Positions 59,545 through 64,000 of a stretch of DNA of 64,000 nt are shown piece by piece (position 1 is the first letter of the stretch; every line of letters starts with the position of its first letter). Under the pieces are notes generated by a model. It was given only the letters and a program-made list of their open reading frames with translations, had not been told where the DNA came from and ran no database searches. Location: the NCBI GenBank assembly GCA_041640295.1, contig JBEQAR010000003.1, forward strand, positions 6,489 through 70,488, in the 5' to 3' direction. Source of the DNA: a bacterium (GTDB lineage: Bacteria; Patescibacteriota; Minisyncoccia; UBA6257; HR35). The position numbers and the translations under genes are program-made.

Positions 59545-60347
59545 TTGAATTATTATTTCAACCTGTAATCAAAAATTCTTTAATAGCTCTATCAGTTATT
59601 TCTTTTATTTTTCCGTTATTAGGTATTTTTGTTATTATGAGAAAAATTTCTTTTTTAAGCGAGGGGATTGCTCATTCTTCTTTATTGGCTCTAATTTTTG
59701 CTTATTTTTTTTCCTTTAATTATTTACTTTTAGGTATAGTTTGGGCTATTATTTTTACTATTTTAATTTTTTATTTAGAGAAAAAAACCAATCTACCAGT
59801 TGATGCATTAATTATTATTCTTTTTATCATTAGTTTATCTTTAGGAGTAATATTATTTAGTTTATCATCATTTCGATCTGATTTAATTTCTATTCTTTTT
59901 GGTAATATTTTAACAATTAATTTTAGTGATTTAATAATCATAATTATTTTCAGTTTTATTATCTTTCTTTTTTATCTTAAAAATTTTAAAGATCTACTTA
60001 TGATTTCTTTAAATAAAGAATTAGCCTATGCTGAAGGTATTAAAGTAGATAAAAAATTACTTCTATTTTATATATTTTTAGGGATAACGGTTATTCTGGG
60101 AATAAAAATTTTAGGAATAATTATGGTCAATGCTTTATTAATTTTACCTCCCTCAATTGCTATGCTTATTTCTAAATCATTTAAAGATTTAATCGTTAGA
60201 GGAATTATCTTGGCAGAAATAATTTCTCTGGCTGGATTCTTTTTAGCTTATTTTTTAAATTTTCCCATTGGACCAACTATTGCTCTGTTGGGGGGTTGTA
60301 TATTTTTACTTACTTTACTAATAAAACGAACTTATGTTAAAATTTAA
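59541..60347 (+). CDS. ABC-3 family metal (Zn/Mn) transporter permease, ZnuB/MntB-like
   Basis: 8 TM helices. N-terminal GIFVIMRKISFLSEGIAHSSLLALIFAY pattern of ABC-3 permeases. 268 aa. Confidence 0.55.
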   Translation: MIELLFQPVIKNSLIALSVISFIFPLLGIFVIMRKISFLSEGIAHSSLLALIFAYFFSFNYLLLGIVWAIIFTILIFYLEKKTNLPVDALIIILFIISLSLGVILFSLSSFRSDLISILFGNILTINFSDLIIIIIFSFIIFLFYLKNFKDLLMISLNKELAYAEGIKVDKKLLLFYIFLGITVILGIKILGIIMVNALLILPPSIAMLISKSFKDLIVRGIILAEIISLAGFFLAYFLNFPIGPTIALLGGCIFLLTLLIKRTYVKI

Positions 60348-60350
60348 TTA

Positions 60351-60617
60351 ATGGAAAAATATAGAAACATTAACTCAACTTTGCTTTGGATTTGCGGTTT
60401 AAGTATTGTGGCTTATTTTATTTTTCTTCCAATAAACAACACTAGACCGACTCCGGCAAAAATTTCTCCTATTGAAGAAAATAGGTTATTAAAATTAGAA
60501 GCTAACCCATTGCTTTTGTTTAGAGACGAAAAAGAGGTTGAAGAATTAATAACTACTACTTCAACAACAACAACCGAAGAATTCCCTAAAGCCCTAACGC
60601 CAATAATTAACGAATAA
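60351..60617 (+). CDS. Small membrane-anchored protein with a poly-Thr tract
   Basis: One TM helix (LLWICGLSIVAYFIFL). TTTSTTTTEE. 88 aa. Confidence 0.3.
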   Translation: MEKYRNINSTLLWICGLSIVAYFIFLPINNTRPTPAKISPIEENRLLKLEANPLLLFRDEKEVEELITTTSTTTTEEFPKALTPIINE

Positions 60618-61565
60618 TTTTTTAGCTAAATCAAAGGGGTTGCTACCAACAACTGAAAAGGCGTAAATTTCTAATGAACCAATATCAGAGTTAATTTTAT
60701 TTGATTCTCCACGATTAACCAAAAAGCCTAATAAAATTTCTTTTGTCTCTATTAAAAATAAATTAAAGTTTTCTATACCTAAAGTTAAATAAGAATAAAC
60801 TAAACAAGCTAATTGATGAATATTGTCTTCAAAATTTTCGCTAAAAAATAATACTTCATCATCTTTAAACGGCGTTAAGCTAACGATAATATTAAAATCA
60901 TCAAATTTTTGAGCTAAATCTAATTCAGTAGACAGAAAAAATAAATCATCTAAATAATTACTGTGGTATTCAGTTTGATAATCGGCGAATCTCTTAAAAA
61001 GATAATCTATTTTCAGTGGAAGAGTATCTAAAGCAAAAATTTGTAAGTGAGGATGAAAAATGCTTGCCCCTGATCGATAACCATAATTCCAAATAATTAT
61101 TCTATTTTCTTCTTGAAAATGTAAAAACCATTGATAAGCCAAAAGAAAAGAATTTTTAATATCTATTTGGTTAATTTGATGATTTTTAAAAATAACTAAA
61201 GAGTGATTTTTAGCGGATTTAGCTAAATTGCTAGCAGTGATTGCTGATTCATTTTCTAACCTACCGAACTCATCATAAGGAGTATAATTGATTGGATTAC
61301 AAAAAGGATCGTATTCATTTTCTAACAATTTTGATTCTTTTTGTGGTTCCTTTCTTTTTGCACGCCAGATATTAAAATGTGTTTCTTGATTTAAAATTTT
61401 ATTTCTAATAATAACTATCTCTTGGTTTTCTGCTTGTTGATATTTTTCTCTTAATTGTTCTGGTAAATATATTTTGGTTTTTTCTTTTTTTACTTCAAAT
61501 AATCTTTCAAATATTTTTTTTGCCGATAGACTAAGTCCTGGTATTTTTTGAAATAATTCTTCCAT
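60594..61565 (-). CDS. Galactose-1-phosphate uridylyltransferase-like (HIT superfamily branch III) nucleotidyltransferase
   Basis: NYGYRSGASIFHPHLQIFAL matches the GalT active-site block ([20 protein letters not shown]). 323 aa. Confidence 0.5.
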   Translation of the reverse strand: MEELFQKIPGLSLSAKKIFERLFEVKKEKTKIYLPEQLREKYQQAENQEIVIIRNKILNQETHFNIWRAKRKEPQKESKLLENEYDPFCNPINYTPYDEFGRLENESAITASNLAKSAKNHSLVIFKNHQINQIDIKNSFLLAYQWFLHFQEENRIIIWNYGYRSGASIFHPHLQIFALDTLPLKIDYLFKRFADYQTEYHSNYLDDLFFLSTELDLAQKFDDFNIIVSLTPFKDDEVLFFSENFEDNIHQLACLVYSYLTLGIENFNLFLIETKEILLGFLVNRGESNKINSDIGSLEIYAFSVVGSNPFDLAKKLFVNYWR

Positions 61566-61730
61566 TCTAGCAGAATCTACTTTATTTTAATTTATAAAAG
61601 ATTGATATTGGTAAATTAGTTATTTTAAGTGTTAATTTTATTATATTATATCAACCTTCCCTTCAAAATTAATAATTAAATCAAATTGTTCAGCGTAATA
61701 GTTCTAAATTACTTTGCATTAGTTTGCAGT

Positions 61731-62981
61731 TTATTTCGTAGCTTCATATAAAGCCTTAATTTCATCTTCTGATAATGCTCGATTATAGATGCGAACTTCA
61801 TCAAAGGTTGTTCCTTTTGCTGCATCTACGCACGTGGGGTCATATATTCCTATATTGATTTTTCTTGCATCTCCATATGAAGCTGACAAATTATTAGCTG
61901 ATCCTCTAACAATTGTATCTATGTACATTCTGTGAGAATTTTTTGATTTTTCAAAAACATAAGCATACATATGCCAAATATTATTAGATGGCGCTGAAAA
62001 AGAAAAGCCGGTGTCTTGTTTATTGCTGTTAGCTACATAAATATAAGAATGGTTTTTAACCCAAAAACCATTACAACACCCCGTAATTCCATATTGAGTG
62101 CTTAGATGAAATAAGGTATTAGCGCCAGAATTATAATTATCCCAAAGAATTATAGTAAAATCATTCTGTGGTAGCTTATATAAAATACTAGTGGAAGGGA
62201 TATCTTGGTAAATACCAAATTGATCGTTTCTACAACCAGTACTTGCACTAGAATTATATTTTAATCCATAACCACTTTTACCAGATGTCCATATTACCAT
62301 TGATGAAGATGGTAGTATTGTTAGATCTATACCATAACCCGATAAATCTTTAGTCGTAGTTCCACTTCCTTCATCAAATGGCCAATAACCTACAAGACCT
62401 GATTGGAAGGTTGAAAGCTTTTTATTAGTTCCTGCTTCATAAAGAAGAGGTTCGATACCTTCATCTTGAATAGCTGGTAAATAGTTACTTTCTGGTTTTG
62501 CTGATAATTTATAACTCCCCCCAACAACAAAACTATAATAATAAGGAGGTTTATTAATAGGATCAATAGGTAATCTATCTAAATTAACAACAGAAAAAGA
62601 ATTAAAAGGAATAGGAATCCAACCATTACCAGTAATATCTGTAGGAGTTGCTGAACATCTGTAAGACCAATCTGAAGGTAAAGAAGGTAATTGAGATAAC
62701 CACGAAGAACAAGTTGAAGATGAATCTGGAAGAGAAATATAAACAACATTAGAAGAAGCATAATTTAGTTCATTAAAAGTACCTCTATTAGATTCAGCAA
62801 TAATATTAATCGCATATTCTATACCTTCAATATCTTGAATTCTTTGTTTATCTCTTATACCTTGAAAAATATTAACAGGTTTAATAAAAAAAATAGCGGT
62901 AGCGATTAAAAAAATTATTAAACCAAAAACAACTAAAAATTCAACAATAGTAAAAGAAAAAGAATGTTTTTTAATTATCAT
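61731..62981 (-). CDS. Type IV prepilin-like protein with a C-terminal LamG/concanavalin A-like lectin domain
   Basis: N-terminal SFSFTIVEFLVVFGLIIF (F-T-I-V-E pilin motif). C-terminal LVGYWPFDEGSGTTTKDLSGYG ... DEVRIYNRALSEDEIKALY, the canonical LamG_3 signature. Confidence 0.65.
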   Translation of the reverse strand: MIIKKHSFSFTIVEFLVVFGLIIFLIATAIFFIKPVNIFQGIRDKQRIQDIEGIEYAINIIAESNRGTFNELNYASSNVVYISLPDSSSTCSSWLSQLPSLPSDWSYRCSATPTDITGNGWIPIPFNSFSVVNLDRLPIDPINKPPYYYSFVVGGSYKLSAKPESNYLPAIQDEGIEPLLYEAGTNKKLSTFQSGLVGYWPFDEGSGTTTKDLSGYGIDLTILPSSSMVIWTSGKSGYGLKYNSSASTGCRNDQFGIYQDIPSTSILYKLPQNDFTIILWDNYNSGANTLFHLSTQYGITGCCNGFWVKNHSYIYVANSNKQDTGFSFSAPSNNIWHMYAYVFEKSKNSHRMYIDTIVRGSANNLSASYGDARKINIGIYDPTCVDAAKGTTFDEVRIYNRALSEDEIKALYEATK

Positions 62982-63078
62982 TATTTAATAACTTTAGTTA
63001 TATTATAAAATTAAATTATTAGTTTTAAATACTGAATATAATAAAATTTTAAGTTAATCGAGTTTATAATTTAATTAA

Positions 63079-63162
63079 GGTGGGGTGGCAGAATGGAATT
63101 GCGCCGGCCTCGAAAGCCGGTGGGCTTAAACGCCCGTGAGGGTTCGAATCCCTCCCCCACCG
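63079..63162 (+). tRNA. tRNA-Ser (anticodon CGA), class II with long variable arm
   Basis: GGTGGGG ... ccggc-ctCGAaa-gccgg, long variable arm tgggcttaaacgcccgtga, GAGGG-TTCGAAT-CCCTC-CCCCACC-G. Confidence 0.8.
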
Positions 63163-63326
63163 CTTTTTAATTTTTAATAGAAAACTTTAGGTTTTTATAA
63201 TTTTAATTTCAAGAAACTTATCTTTGTAATAACTTGTAAACCCCGTTACTCCAATGTATGGTTTCATTTTGTCATAACCTCCTTCTGTAGATTTTAGTGT
63301 TCGGCTAAAATATTATAACCTGTCTA

Positions 63327-63911
63327 TTAAATTTTTTCTCTTTCCATAAAAAATTTAGTAAATTGTTCCCAATGAGAATTTTTATCTACTTTTTTGCGAA
63401 AATTTTGAAATTCCTTTTTTGTCATCTGCGCAAGAGTTTTTCTTTCACCTTCAGGAATAAAAATAAGAGATAATTTAGACCAATGATAAGGTTTTAATTT
63501 ACCTAAAGGTTTATCTATTATTCCTCCTTTAATAATTCTTTTAAATAATTTTGGTTTCTTTCTTAAATTGTCAAGATAACAGAGAACCTCCTTAAATTCA
63601 CAAGCTTTATCTTTATTTTTAACAAGAGTTATAATACCCTCGATGCCGATTGTTGTCAAGACAAAATTAGTAAACATCATTGGAAAGCCTTTAAGAGAAT
63701 AAATAAAAAAACCGGCATCCATTGTTATTAAAGGTTTTCTTAAAATTTTGAAAGCATATTTAGCTTTATGAATAGCAATTTCTTCTAGTGTTCCTCTTGG
63801 TTCAGGTAATTCTAATTTTTCCCAAATTACTTTAATCCCATATTTCTTTAAAAAGTTTTTAGCTGAATTATATTTACCTCTATTTGTAGTAACAAAAATT
63901 ATTTCTTTCAT
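63327..63911 (-). CDS. Ham1/RdgB-like non-canonical purine NTP pyrophosphatase
   Basis: MKEIIFVTTNRGKYNSAKNFLKKYGIKV matches the ITPase N-terminal (ATGN.GK) pattern. 194 aa. Confidence 0.6.
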   Translation of the reverse strand: MKEIIFVTTNRGKYNSAKNFLKKYGIKVIWEKLELPEPRGTLEEIAIHKAKYAFKILRKPLITMDAGFFIYSLKGFPMMFTNFVLTTIGIEGIITLVKNKDKACEFKEVLCYLDNLRKKPKLFKRIIKGGIIDKPLGKLKPYHWSKLSLIFIPEGERKTLAQMTKKEFQNFRKKVDKNSHWEQFTKFFMEREKI

Positions 63912-64000
63912 ACCTTATTATCTTGATAATAAATTTTTTTTCAAAGTATGAGTAATAAAACTGGTTTTAAGTTTTTCTCCAAAATTGTTATTTTTAATTT

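Noticed and set aside
62579-62761. 60-aa minus-strand ORF inside the LamG-pilin gene
   Set aside because: Embedded in another frame of a motif-supported gene. Leu-rich artefact.
1-64000. Alternative genetic code (for example UGA recoding as in Gracilibacteria/SR1)
   Set aside because: Long conserved genes (fusA 709 aa, pnp 685 aa, P-type ATPase 877 aa, pyrG 560 aa) are uninterrupted under the standard code. Recoding is not needed.
1-64000. CRISPR array or cas genes
   Set aside because: No regularly spaced direct repeats of 25-40 bp seen. No Cas-like ORFs.

Overview
This window is AT-rich (roughly 28-30% GC) and densely packed with short genes. Large housekeeping ORFs (fusA, pnp) are intact, so the standard bacterial genetic code is in use. 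The gene content and style look like a small-genome Patescibacteria/CPR-type bacterium (inference). Core genes I recognise: tyrS, queA-tgt, pyrG, a P-type ATPase, RNase J, rpsL-rpsG-fusA, pnp, rpsO, a xerC/D-like recombinase, rplJ-rplL, rbfA, infB, a murE-like ligase, an LCP protein, tsaD, a cysteine desulfurase, comM, pgk and a znuB-like permease. Eight tRNA genes are present (Asn, Leu-CAG, Val, Glu, Cys, Leu-TAG, Ser-CGA), plus one clear intrinsic terminator. The unusual content is: (i) a tandem array of seven paralogous two-helix VirB2/TrbC-like pilin genes at 52.7-56.8 kb, two of which carry large extracellular domains, next to a secreted Cys-rich protein and comM; (ii) a membrane-anchored ClpB-like protein whose Walker B and pore-loop motifs are degenerate; (iii) three short GC-rich segments sitting in frame inside conserved genes (the M23 peptidase gene, pyrG and a dNK-like gene), one with terminal inverted repeats, reminiscent of RPE-like palindromic insertion elements; (iv) a GC-rich structured element and a 12-bp direct repeat flanking a GIY-YIG gene beside tRNA-Asn; (v) type IV prepilin-like genes after fusA where tuf normally sits, and a prepilin-LamG fusion; (vi) a C39-like peptidase whose conserved Gln/Cys motif lies upstream of the only available ATG. 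No CRISPR array, rRNA or classical IS element was seen. All family assignments are from reading motifs by eye and need HMM or BLAST confirmation.
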